Source: Octopus sinensis
Lineage: Eukaryota
DNA: 42,578 bases
Direction of reading: 5' to 3'
Assembly (NCBI RefSeq): GCF_006345805.1
Contig: NW_021835232.1
Location: 1-42,578, forward strand
Shown here: positions 10,336 through 20,363 of the stretch, piece by piece
Numbering within the stretch: the first letter of the stretch is position 1
Layout of the letters: the number at the start of each line of letters is the position of its first letter
The notes under the pieces: generated by a model
Databases searched by the model: none
Seen by the model: only the letters and a program-made list of their open reading frames with translations
Told to the model about the DNA's origin: nothing
Position numbers and translations under genes: made by a program

Positions 10336-10493
10336 AGTCGATTACATCGACCCCAGTGTTCAAATGCTACTTAATGTATCGACTCCGAAAGGAAGAAAGG
10401 CAAAGTCGACTTCGGTGGAGTTTGAACTCAAAACGCTGCGACAGGCGAAATACCGCTAAAATTTTGTCCATTGTGCCAACGATTCTGCCAGCT
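10336..10493 (-). mobile_element. SINE family B (GGCGGCGAGCTGGCAGAA head) fragment
   Basis: GAGTTCAAA.TCC B-box and GTCGACTTTGCCTTTC..CCTTTCGG.GTCGAT body, matching 39794-40023. Confidence 0.85.
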
Positions 10494-10580
10494 ATATGTG
10501 TGTGTGTGGTGTGTGTGTGTGTGTGTGCGTGCGTGAGTGTGTGTATGTATGTGTGTGTGAATATATATATATATATGTTT

Positions 10581-11390
10581 ATAAAATTTAAATAATGAGG
10601 GTAATTTAAATAATTGAATACTAATTTAATTAACATCAATTTAAATCCAGTAGCCCAGCATTTAGAAAAATCTGAAAATTCAGAAAAATTGTAATACATG
10701 CGAGCAATAAGGGATGACCACTAAGTGGACATCCAATATGCTAGATGAAGATCATCTACGATCTAACTACAAAGAAAATAATGTTCTCTAGAGAAATTCA
10801 GAAAACACCAGAACAAAAGAGAGTAAGACAGATGAAAATATACAAAATACAAAATTAATCGTAGACCGGTTTTTTTCAGAATTTTCAGATTTTTCTATAT
10901 ACTAGGCTACTGGTTTTAAATTGATGTTAATTAAATTAGTATTCATTTTATCACCCTCATTATTTAAATTTTAAATAATTATGTTCTCAAACCGGCTACA
11001 TTAACTGCAGTGAATTATCTACTGCGGAACTGTTTCCGGGATTTAGCGCGCCAGAACTTAGACATTTGAAAATAACCCCAATGTAATTGGTAGAACTATA
11101 CACACATCTAATTTTATGAGGACAACTTGTGTATAGTTCTATAAATTATAATGAATTGGAACGATCGTACTGAAGAGTCTACAGACGATGAATACGTAAG
11201 TAAATATCGTAAATGGCGAAATCGGTCTACGATTAATTCTGTATTTTGTATATTTTCATCTTTCTTACCCACTTTTGTTCTGGTGTTTGCTGAATGTCTA
11301 TAAAGAACATTCTTTTTTTTTTTTTGTAGTTAGATCGTAGATGATCTTCTTCTAGTATATTGGATGTCCACTTAGTGGTCATCCCTTATT
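10581..11390. mobile_element. Head-to-head inverted HHR element; blocks A-B followed by inverted A, X and inverted B
   Basis: A 10581-10688 is inverted at 10872-10975. B 10706-10872 is inverted at 11219-11390. Both ends lie in (TA)n. Confidence 0.85.
11164..11233 (+). ncRNA. Type-I hammerhead ribozyme motif
   Basis: Stem I AUCGUA/UACGAU; CUGAAGA at 11170-11176; stem II GUC..ACGAU/AUCGU..GGC; GAAA at 11218-11221; AUCGGU (ACCGGU in the inverted copy at 10865-10870); GUC site after 11227. Confidence 0.82.
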
Positions 11391-11412
11391 ATAAGTACGT
11401 ATATATATATTA

Positions 11413-12125
11413 TCTCTAATTTCAGCTCAGAGCTGCGGCCATGCTGATGCACCACCGCTTTGCTACACTGTTATTACTGAGAGCCTTCTCTAGTATGTGG
11501 CACTTGGTGAAGAATGGGGTTTGATGTAGCTACCCTCATTTGCACCTCTTGCCGTGAGGTAGATTTAAAAACCCCTACATCTACTTTGTGCAGGTTCCTC
11601 AGGCTCTTTGGAAGAATATTAAAAAGTTGTGGGCCCCTGAAACCCAGGCTGTTGCACTAACTGGTCTTGAAGCGCGATGGCGTTGCTGGGATCTTTGGCA
11701 CTAAGCAGTGTCGTCCCGTTCTGGCTTTGGTGTAGCTTTCAATGCCAAAATTTGGTACAATTCCTTCCAGGATCTTCCAGATATATATTACTGCATACCT
11801 CTCCCGTCTTCTCTCCAGGGAGTAGCGTCTTAGCTGTTTCAAACTTTCCCAGTAGCTGAGCTGTTGCAAAGAGACGATCTTCTTTGTGAATCTTTGTGGA
11901 TTGCTTCAAGGTCCGCTGTTAATTTCACACTGGTGGGTTACCGTATCTGTTAGCAGTAATCCAGGCGGCTGAGAACGAATGTCTGCCAGAGGACCATTAT
12001 GGTTTCCTTATCTTTGATTCTGAATGTTCTTAGGATCCATCCAGCAAGTCATCAGCACTTTGTCAACATCCTGGTAATGTGCACTTGGAAAGAGGTATCA
12101 TCACTCATGTCGAAACCCAGGTCCC
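11413..12125 (-). pseudogene. 5'-truncated CR1/L2-group LINE: C-terminal part of the RT ORF plus 3' UTR, with stops and frameshifts
   Basis: Translation includes DLG..., GWILRTFR..D.ETIMVLWQTFVLSRLDYC, LSYWESLKQLRRYSLERRRERYAVIYIWKILEGIVPN and GPQLFNILPKSLRN. Confidence 0.9.
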
Positions 12126-12126
12126 T

Positions 12127-12169
<43 letters not shown>

Positions 12170-12170
12170 A

Positions 12171-13241
12171 AATCAAGGGTGGGAGAGAAAGAACATGACC
12201 AAAAAAACATACGAAAAAATAGACGGAAAATATAACAACGTCCTCGCGGCTTCGCATTTTTTTTAATCCCTCAGATCGCTCGAATCCCGCAAGTGCCAGA
12301 GCATTACACTTCTGGAAAAAGGAAACGAATGTATGCAAGAACGAAAGCAAGAACAAGAAAGCTAGAATGATATGTATACAACAAACGAACGACTTTCGGT
12401 CATACAACAAGATGAATATCCCGTCCTGTGGTTCTTGTGTCGTCTCTGTGGTGTTTCATGTTCTTGTCCATGTCTGTAATTATTTTTACTGTTTACCTAT
12501 ATAATCGGCGGCTACGTATCCACAATTGTCCTTATACGATAAGTATATTTTTTCTCTAGCATTGATACGACTCTTAATCTGTCTCTTTCTCTCTCTATCT
12601 CTTCCTCCCTTATTCCCTTCTTTCTCCCCCCCCTTCTACGTTTCTCTATCTCTCTCACCTCCAGCCCCCTCGATCTGTCTCTTTCTTCTCCTCCCTCGTC
12701 CACCTTCTCTCTCTTTTCATCTGTCCCTTTCTCCTGTCTTTTGTTCTCACGTGACGCTAGCCGCTGTTGAGCGCTCTTTTCGTTCCAGCAGCCGCCGAAG
12801 CAACACGTATTTGTTCGTCTCCCTGCGGCATTAGGCACAACTCCACAAGCCAGCCCCATACTCAACTCGTCCTGTCGAAAGACCCTTGTCCTACGTCCTG
12901 GTTTCGTTTTTTTTTTTTATTTTTACCGTTATTGTTTTTACGTTTTTGTATTCTTATTGGTGTCACGTATTCTGTATTTTTGTTCGTGTACTTCGTTCGT
13001 TTTCCGTCCTCGTGTTGTATACATTCGAAGCTTTCTCCAGGGGATCTAATGCGCTTGGCTTAGATTTCCCTTGGCGGGCTGCCATATCGGAGCAATCTCA
13101 AGATTAATCAGCCGAAATTGCTAAGATGATCTGGTTCTTGACTGATGACTGAGGGCTTCGAATGTCCCGTCCTGTGGTTCTTGTGTCGTCTCTGTGGTGT
13201 TTCATGTTCTTGTCCATGTCTGTAATTATTTTTACTGTTTA

Positions 13242-13248
<7 letters not shown>
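12171..13248. mobile_element. Non-coding element in (TA)n with identical 83-bp direct repeats
   Basis: 12420-12502 is identical to 13166-13248. (TA)n on both flanks. Related solo piece at 3701-3842. Confidence 0.75.
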
Positions 13249-13285
<37 letters not shown>

Positions 13286-13304
13286 GTGTGTGTGTGTGTG
13301 TGTA

Positions 13305-13775
13305 TAAGGGTGAAAAGGAACACACGAGTTGATATATATGAAAAAACAAGTCAAAATAGAAAATGCTAAAATAATTTTATAAAGAACATTTCAGTACCGG
13401 TTTCGGTCATTTTGAGACCTTTTCAACTGTAACGATTAAATAATTAAATTTAGAAAAATTAGAAGAAAAGTTTTTTTAAAGGAATATTTGTATAGTGTTC
13501 AGATATGAGTGGCATTCTGCCTTTCTCTGACTCCCTTGTTTGCACTTGTGTGTTCGAGGTCGTTGTGAATTCTTGGTAGGGTAGAAGAAGAGAAGGCTGA
13601 TGAGGAGAGGTGGTGGAAAAATTTGGGAGTGCTTGATTGTTGTATTTTGAATGGTCAGTGACGGCTAGCAGTTGCAGTTCAATTCAGGAGAATATTTCTA
13701 TTGAGAGGTTTGTTTATGGAATTTGCGTAGGTGTTTTACTAAAAAGCATTAGTGATAAAGTTAAGAGGTAGAAGG
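13305..13775 (-). mobile_element. Penelope-like 3'-end fragment with HHR
   Basis: HHR at 13388-13433. A weak LLN...RH remnant near 13690-13650 resembles PLE ORF ends. Adjacent to (TA)n/(TG)n and (GAA)n. Confidence 0.55.
13388..13433 (-). ncRNA. Minimal type-I hammerhead with U3-A8 compensatory core (UUGAAAA)
   Basis: Stem I CAG/CUG; UUGAAAA at 13426-13420; stem II GGUC-UCAAAAU-GACC; GAAA; palindromic ACCGGU; GUA site between 13395 and 13394. Confidence 0.78.
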
Positions 13776-14434
13776 TGGAGAAGAAGAAGAAGAAGAAGAA
13801 GAGAAGAAGAAGAAGAAGAAGAAGAGAAGAAGAAGAAGAAGAAGAAGATGACGATGTTGATGATGATGATGATGATGATGATGATGTTGATGATGATGAT
13901 GGAGAAGAAGAAGAAGGAGAAAGAGAAGAAGAAGAAGGAGAAGGAGAAGGGATCTTTTCATTCCTGAAGCCAGTTTTTTCAAATTTTTCCTACTGAACCA
14001 AACAATTTGAAACTTCGTATACTGGTAGAATGTGTCAAAAGTAAACTTAATTGTAAACCAGAATGAAAACGGAATTGTAACTTCTAAGTTTAACATTGTT
14101 TAATAATTAGAATTTTGACCAATGGTATTCCGTCATTCGGCTTCATATTATTTACTCCGTCTCGACCACCAATTTCGTGACGTATTAAACATGTGGTATC
14201 TGAAATGTAAACAAAACTATTTTCGATTGAATACTCGGTGTATGTGTATCTGTATGTGTGTGTGTGTGTGTGTTGTATCTATGTATGTATGTGTGTGTGT
14301 GTATCTATGTATGTATGTGTGTGTATTTATGTAGATCACTACATAATATTGTTTAATAATAAATTTGATACTTTAAATTTATAGAAATAAAATATTTATT
14401 ATTTTTATTTTTTTTATGATCAGTTGTAATAATA

Positions 14435-14535
14435 ACTGAACCAACTGCTAAAAAGGCAAAACTGAAGAAATGCAAAGAAGATTTTATCATGTTTGGTTTT
14501 GTATCTGTAGACTCAAAACCTATGTATCTTGAACC
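14435..14535 (+). pseudogene. Short hAT (Charlie-type) transposase N-terminal remnant
   Basis: KKAKLKKCKEDFIMFGFVSVDSKPMYLE resembles the Y.E.Y..FGF.....KP.C start of BED-finger hAT transposases. Confidence 0.45.
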
Positions 14536-15219
14536 CTAACCCCAAACACCAGGTGTACGTATTCTTTACTTTCACCTTTATATATATATATATATCGTCC
14601 GTAAACATAAATCCGAAAAAAGAAGCCCACTCTAAGTTATAGAACAGTATATATTAAAGTTAGATAAGGCCGATTTATGGGATTGCCTTGGGTTTCACGT
14701 CCGTTCCCTACAAATATATAACATACTCGAGATGTTTTCAGGTTTACATATATATGTTTATCAAGTTCAAAATATACCAGTTACAGGTGGGTCGATAAAA
14801 CAAGTACAAGTTATGAGCTGGAAATCTACAGCAACAGGCATTGGCCTATGCCAGAAGAATAATGAACCAATGTTAATATAATTACGGTGCTAGTGCAGTG
14901 CACTCAATTATCCTGTTTGTTTACAAAGCAAATGATTCGGATGTGCGCGAATAAAATTTTATCAAAGTAAATGATACGAGTCCACGTGTATAAAATATTA
15001 AGAACATGTGGATACATGCGAAGAAAATAAAACAATATTCACATCAGTTTAGATTGTTTACAGTTTTCAAACGAACGTTAGTACGTCACAAAAGCGCTTT
15101 CTACGTCACACTAAGAGAATGCAGTCAAGTTTTACACATGAAAACAAACAATCTGATTGGTTAAAATTCGCAGTTTTAATCTACGATTAAAGTCATAAAA
15201 TAGATTTTTCTCAAATAAA

Positions 15220-15628
15220 CTAGTTCCAACTTGTGTCTTGTTTTGCTAGACTCTATCAGCATACGAAGTTTCAAATTATTTAGTTAAGTAGAAAGATCTG
15301 TGGTCCTGGCTTCAAAAATGAAAAGATCCGAAGGAGAAGAAGATGATGATGATGATGGAGGTGATGATGATGACGACGATGATGATGATAATGATGATGA
15401 TGAAGAAGAAGAGGAAGAAGAAGAAAACAGAGAAGGGTGAAAGTAGTGAGGTGTTGTATGACTTGAAGTTGACATGTTATGGATTATAGCTGTGATTGGG
15501 GCTGATTAGTAATGGATTCTTTGGAATGTAATATTTGTGTGTGTATTTCTTTTATTCTAAAGTTGAGGTATATTAATCGTTTGTCGTAGACCCGTTAAGA
15601 AGTGGCCTGTATTTTGTAATAAAGAGAG
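15220..15628 (-). mobile_element. Penelope-like 3' fragment with internal (CTT)/(CAT)n and a decayed HHR-like motif; inverted homolog at 13950-14030
   Basis: ITKYRPLLNG..* (15620-15573) resembles the GIY-YIG I...P.LN end motif. CUGAUAGA-GUCU..AGAC lies near 15260-15230. The block GGATCTTTTCATT..TGAAGCCAG...TTTGAAACTTCGTAT is shared with 13950-14030. Confidence 0.5.
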
Positions 15629-15713
15629 TTTCTTTACTTATTCGTTGTCTCGAGGTTGTATCGTCCCTAAATTGGTAGAGGGGGAACCTCGAGACAACGA
15701 ATAAGTAAAGAAA
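15629..15713. repeat. Perfect 29-bp inverted repeat with 27-nt spacer, followed by a 3 x 20-bp tandem (15701-15760)
   Basis: TTTCTTTACTTATTCGTTGTCTCGAGGTT is the exact reverse complement of 15685-15713. ATAAGTAAAGAAATATATAT occurs three times. Confidence 0.95.
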
Positions 15714-15762
15714 TATATATATAAGTAAAGAAATATATATATAAGTAAAGAAATATATATAT

Positions 15763-16115
15763 AATTTAGATTCAGATGAATATAGTACTTAAGTTGAGGC
15801 ACCAGAATTTAGTATGGTATTATCCAAACAATTTAAAATAAGGTTATTAAAATTAAAATAAGCAACAAGGATATCCAGAGATAATGCTGTACTATCGTTT
15901 CATGCGACTCCATTTAATTGAACAATGCAATCATTACATCAATTTAAAATGTAGAGCAATCTTCAGCTGCATAAAAACATAGAATTTAATTAAATTTGAA
16001 GGACACATTAGTATAATTTTACCCAAAATCTCCAAATGGATAAGTAGATAGACAAAGAACATGTTTTACCAACATCACAGTTGTAACTCGTGAGAAGATT
16101 GCTCTCATGTAGTTA
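15763..16115 (-). mobile_element. Penelope-like terminal-repeat fragment (family of 8675-9030)
   Basis: Homology to 8675-8900. Contains an HHR. Confidence 0.65.
15884..15972 (-). ncRNA. Type-I hammerhead motif, partly decayed
   Basis: CUGAAGA at 15966-15960; U-U then UGC/GCA in stem II; GAAA-CGAUA-GUA; stem I AUGCAG/CAGCAU with one mismatch. Confidence 0.65.
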
Positions 16116-16135
16116 ATATGTGTGTGTGTGTAATA

Positions 16136-16934
16136 CGAGGGTGGGCTGAAAAATTCAAACGCTGACCACGATGCAATGGTCGAACTTGACCAAATGGTTT
16201 TTATTTTTCGACATAGCCTCCCCTGCGGCCCATACACTTCTTCCAACGGTGTTGCAGCGCTTGGATTCCCGTGGTATAAAAAGCCCCCATCCTGATCCCC
16301 AGAAAAGTCCTCAACAGCAGATATGACTTCATCATCGATCCGATACTGTTTTTCAGCCAAGTATTTTTTTCATGGTGGGGAACAGAAAATAGTCAGATGG
16401 TGCCAAATCAGGAGAATATGAAGGATGATTAACCAGTCGCGCACAGCAGCCATTGCAACCACAGACTTGTGTGTAGAAGCGTTGTCTTAGGAAGCAGGAC
16501 CCCATTAGCTATCTGATTAACATTTAAATGTCTGTCAGCCATCACCATGTGATGAAAACGTCGATGTTTTCTTGGGTGGTGGCTGTGGCAGAACGTCCGG
16601 ACCTTGGGTCATTTTCAAAACTCTCCTTACCCTCTTGAATTCAGCTGCCCACTTTTGCACAGTTGAATATCGTCCCCTGATGTAGCAACCATGTCTGCAT
16701 GAATATCCTTGGGTGTAACCCCCTATCTGCAAATAACACCACAATGCCAAATTTTATCCATTTTTACGGTCTCTAGTACCACTTTTCCAAGTCCTCAATT
16801 CTGTATGCAGTGTAGAAAAGAAACAGGTCGAATTTACCTAGAAAGGAAAGGGGTTGAATTTAATACATGCCAAGTTTAATTACTGTATGATAACTCCTTC
16901 TTAGTCAGCCTATGAACTTTTCAGCCCACCTTCG
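16136..16934 (-). mobile_element. Internally deleted mariner (Tc1/mariner) transposon with transposase remnants
   Basis: 22-bp TIRs (20/22) with TA on both sides. Remnants YSTVQKWAAEFKR (HTH), HPSYSPDLAPSDYFLFP (YSPDLAP motif) and QYRIDDEVISAVEDF. Confidence 0.95.
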
Positions 16935-17646
16935 TATATGTATGTATGTGTGTGTGTGTAGAACACACACACACACATACACACACACATATGAAAGAGA
17001 GTTAGGGGAGGCTTTGTGCCAATCAAAAATGATTAACATTCATTCCTAATGATATGAGATGTCATGTCCCAAGAATCTTCACAGGAAATGCTTAACTGTA
17101 TTCACTTTCGACCGTTTGTAATTTCAGCTCATATACTACTAAGGTTGCACGATGTGTCGAATTTTTCACAGACCATTTGTACCAGTCAAACACTGTATCG
17201 ATTCACTCATTATCTACACTGTTCAAGAAACACTGACTAAAAACACCATCAGGCGGGAGGTTATTTTGTGGGATTTTTTTTTTTCATGTTCTGTCATCCT
17301 AGTTTAAGACATTGGTAGGCAGCATCAGGTGACGGAACTACTAAAAAAATATGTTAAAATAAATGAAAGAAAACTCAAGAGACACCCTACTGATCCATCA
17401 TCCTTTTGAAACATTGTCATAGAGATTGACACCTCTACAACTTGCCCATTCACCCATATCAAAATGGATTTTAATTGGCTTAACCTTTTGTACGCTAATC
17501 TTTTAAAGCGCGGTATACAGGCATTCTTCAGACCAGACTCCATAGAAGGCAAAATTCTTACCGTTCTTGAAGTAAATCCTTGCTGAAATGTCACATTTTT
17601 CTTTCCTCTTTTCTTTTTGCACGTGTTTATATTATAGTTTAACATA

Positions 17647-17727
<81 letters not shown>

Positions 17728-18263
17728 CGAAACAAAGAGGCAAAGGAAGAGATTCAGAAAGCGAAAAGGGAGAAAGAGAGAGAGAGAGAGAATAAAAATG
17801 AAAAAGACTATTTGAATGTGTATATATATAAAACATATTAATGACGCGATTATATTTTTATCCGATATTTTTGTGTATAAAATGTAAGTAGGTCGTAAAC
17901 AGACTGGATTAAAGAGAAAAAAATTACCAAATCCAGACCAGGTGAGAATGAAGCCTATATTCTCTGGATAAATACCTTTATAAATACACCGACATCATGT
18001 TGCTGTTTGACTGTGTTATTTTAATGCTAATGAAGTCTTTGTAACTTTTAAACACACGTGGTCTTTATCGTTTTGTTATTGAAGCCAAGTTTATTCGAAT
18101 GGGCTATTTTACAGAATAATGATTTAGCATACCTTCAGGATATGTGGTAGCGCATGGATTAGTGGTTAGGGTATTGGACTTATATGATCGTTAGCTTATG
18201 GTATCGATTCATGAACCGAACGATGCATTGTGCTGTTTAGCAAAACAGGGGAATATATATATA

Positions 18264-18456
18264 TATTTCTTTACTACCCACAAGGGGCGAAACACAGAAG
18301 GGACAAACAAGGACAGACAAAGCGATTAAGTCGATTCCATCGACCCCCAGTGCGTAACTGGTACTTAATTTATCGACCCCGAAAGGATGAAAGGCAAAGT
18401 CGACCTCGGCGGAATTTGAACTCACAACGTAACGGCAGACAAAATACCACAAAGCA
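18264..18456 (-). mobile_element. SINE family B, 5'-truncated
   Basis: Body and 3' end GTAGTAAAGAAATA match other B copies. Confidence 0.85.
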
Positions 18457-18476
18457 TATATATATATATATATATA

Positions 18477-18770
18477 TCACGTGACCGACTAGTCCATCAG
18501 ATGTAGTTACACATCGCTGGTCACAATGTGTTTGCATTGTTTTAGCCTTCGAATGACGCCACCCCGCTGGCTAAGCGAGCAGGCCAACAGAAGAAAGAGT
18601 GGGAGAAAGAGTGGTGAAAGACTACACCAGGGATCAACACCCCCTGCCGGAACTTCGTGAAGCTCTTAGGTGTTTTTGCCCAATAAACACTCACAACGCC
18701 CGGTCTGGGAATCGAAACCGCTATCCTACGACCGCGAGTCCGCTGCCCTAACCATTGGGCCATTGCGCCT

Positions 18771-18773
<3 letters not shown>
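18477..18773 (-). mobile_element. tRNA-derived SINE (head H1 + tail T2)
   Basis: Head TGGAGGCGCAATGGCCCAATGGTTAGGGCAGCGGACTCGCGG...GGTTTCGATTCCC. The 5' half is shared with 29126-29500; the tail differs. Confidence 0.85.
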
Positions 18774-18823
<50 letters not shown>

Positions 18824-18885
18824 CATACATACATACATACATACATACATACATACATACATACATACATACATACATGCATATA

Positions 18886-19005
18886 CGAGAGTGAGTCAAA
18901 AAAGTAATGCCATTTTGTTTAAGACAGGTATAATTACCAACACAGGAACATGTATCATACATCAAAATGAAGCTGATCCTCTGTGGATCACATCACTACT
19001 TCTCA
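18886..19005 (+). mobile_element. Mariner-type terminal fragment
   Basis: TA followed by CGAGAGTGAGTCAAAAAAGTAATGCC, resembling a mariner TIR. No partner TIR seen. Confidence 0.5.
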
Positions 19006-19135
19006 ACCGATAGAATAAGTACTAGGCTGACAAAGAATAAGTCCTGGGGTCGATTTGTTCGACTAAAGGCGGTGCTTCAGTATGGCCATAGTCAAATGAT
19101 TGAAACAAGTAAAAGAATAAAAGAGTAAAAGAATA
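19006..19135 (+). mobile_element. SINE family A 3' fragment
   Basis: ACCGATAGAATAAGTACTAGG...GACTAAAGGCGGTGC...GAAACAAGTAAAAGA. Confidence 0.85.
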
Positions 19136-19670
19136 TATATGTAAATATATATCACACATGTGTGTCTTTGTGTCTGTGCTAGTTTCCTATGTACGTTTGG
19201 CTCACGCAGTTGGCTTGCTTACATTCCCCTAAGTCTACGGTTCAGAAAAAGACACCAATAGAATTAGAACCAAGTTTTAAAGATAAGTACTGGGGTGGGG
19301 TCGACGAAAACTTGGGCGATGCCTAAGCATGGCCGCAGCCCAATGAGTGACACAAATAAAAGTACATAGTAGAAAAACATATCCGTCACTCGCAAGTGAC
19401 TGTGCCTGGTTAGTTTGTACCATGCTTTCACTGATTGTTTTAGGTACCTATGTTGTTACGAACAGACATGGATACTTTCTTGAGTCTCGTCCCAGCACTC
19501 GGTTTGTACTCATTCCAACTGAGTAGCCTGGGGCGACGTGATGTAAAGTACCTTGCTCACGGGCACAATGCACCGCTCAGCCTATGACTCGGACCCATGA
19601 TTTTATAATCGTGAGCCCCACACTCAAACTGAGCTATTATAAAATCAATTTATTGAGAAGTTAAAATATA

Positions 19671-20072
19671 GGCGTAGGAGTAGCTGTGTGGTAAGTAGCT
19701 TGTTTGCGAACCACATGGTTCTGGGTTCAGTCCCACTGCGTGGCACTTTGGGCAAGTGTCTTCTACTATAACCTCGGGCCGACCAAAGCCTTGTGAGCGG
19801 ATTTGGTAGACGGAAACTGAAAGAAACCCCTCGTATATATATATGTATGTGTGTGTATATGTTTATGTGTCTGTGTTTGTCCTCCCAACATCGCTTGACA
19901 ACCGATGCTGGTGTGTTTACGTCCCCGTTACATAGCGGTTCGGCAAAAGTGACCGATAGAATAAGTAGTAGGCTTCCAAAGAATAAGTCCTGGGGTCAAT
20001 TTGCTCGACTAAAGGCGGTGCTCTAACATGGACACAGTCAAATGAATGAAATAAGTAAAAGAGTAAAGGAGA
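19671..20072 (+). mobile_element. SINE family A, full length
   Basis: GGCGTAGGAGTAGCTGTGTGGTAAG head through the AAGTAAAAGAGTAAA tail. Confidence 0.92.
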
Positions 20073-20363
20073 GTATATATAAGAAAAACTCTGCTCCTTT
20101 TGCGTTTTCGGTTGTCACATCACTTCGACTTTGCACCGAAGATTAAGGAAATTCCATACGTACAGCTACGGTACTTTTAATAAAACTTTGAATTTGACTC
20201 CGTTTCCTGATCCACGTAGAAATTGTCGTCAACACAGGGAATTTAATTTCGAAATGTCTCTGATAGAGTTTTGATTCGAGGGAAATTCTTGCTGCTATTT
20301 CTAGCAGGTCGAGATCAAAGTATCAACCGTAGAGGCTTCCTGTATTGGCTCGTCAACTGTACC

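Noticed and set aside
13142-13165. CUGAUGA as another hammerhead core
   Set aside because: No stem II followed by GAAA in type I geometry. The permuted reading with the upstream CCGAAA fails at the stem II closing pair and at stem I.
13761-14220. GIY-YIG-like words (FVYISDT, KFQIVW) on the minus strand
   Set aside because: KFQIVW is the antisense of a non-coding block shared with 15250-15329. The words are short and not in one frame.
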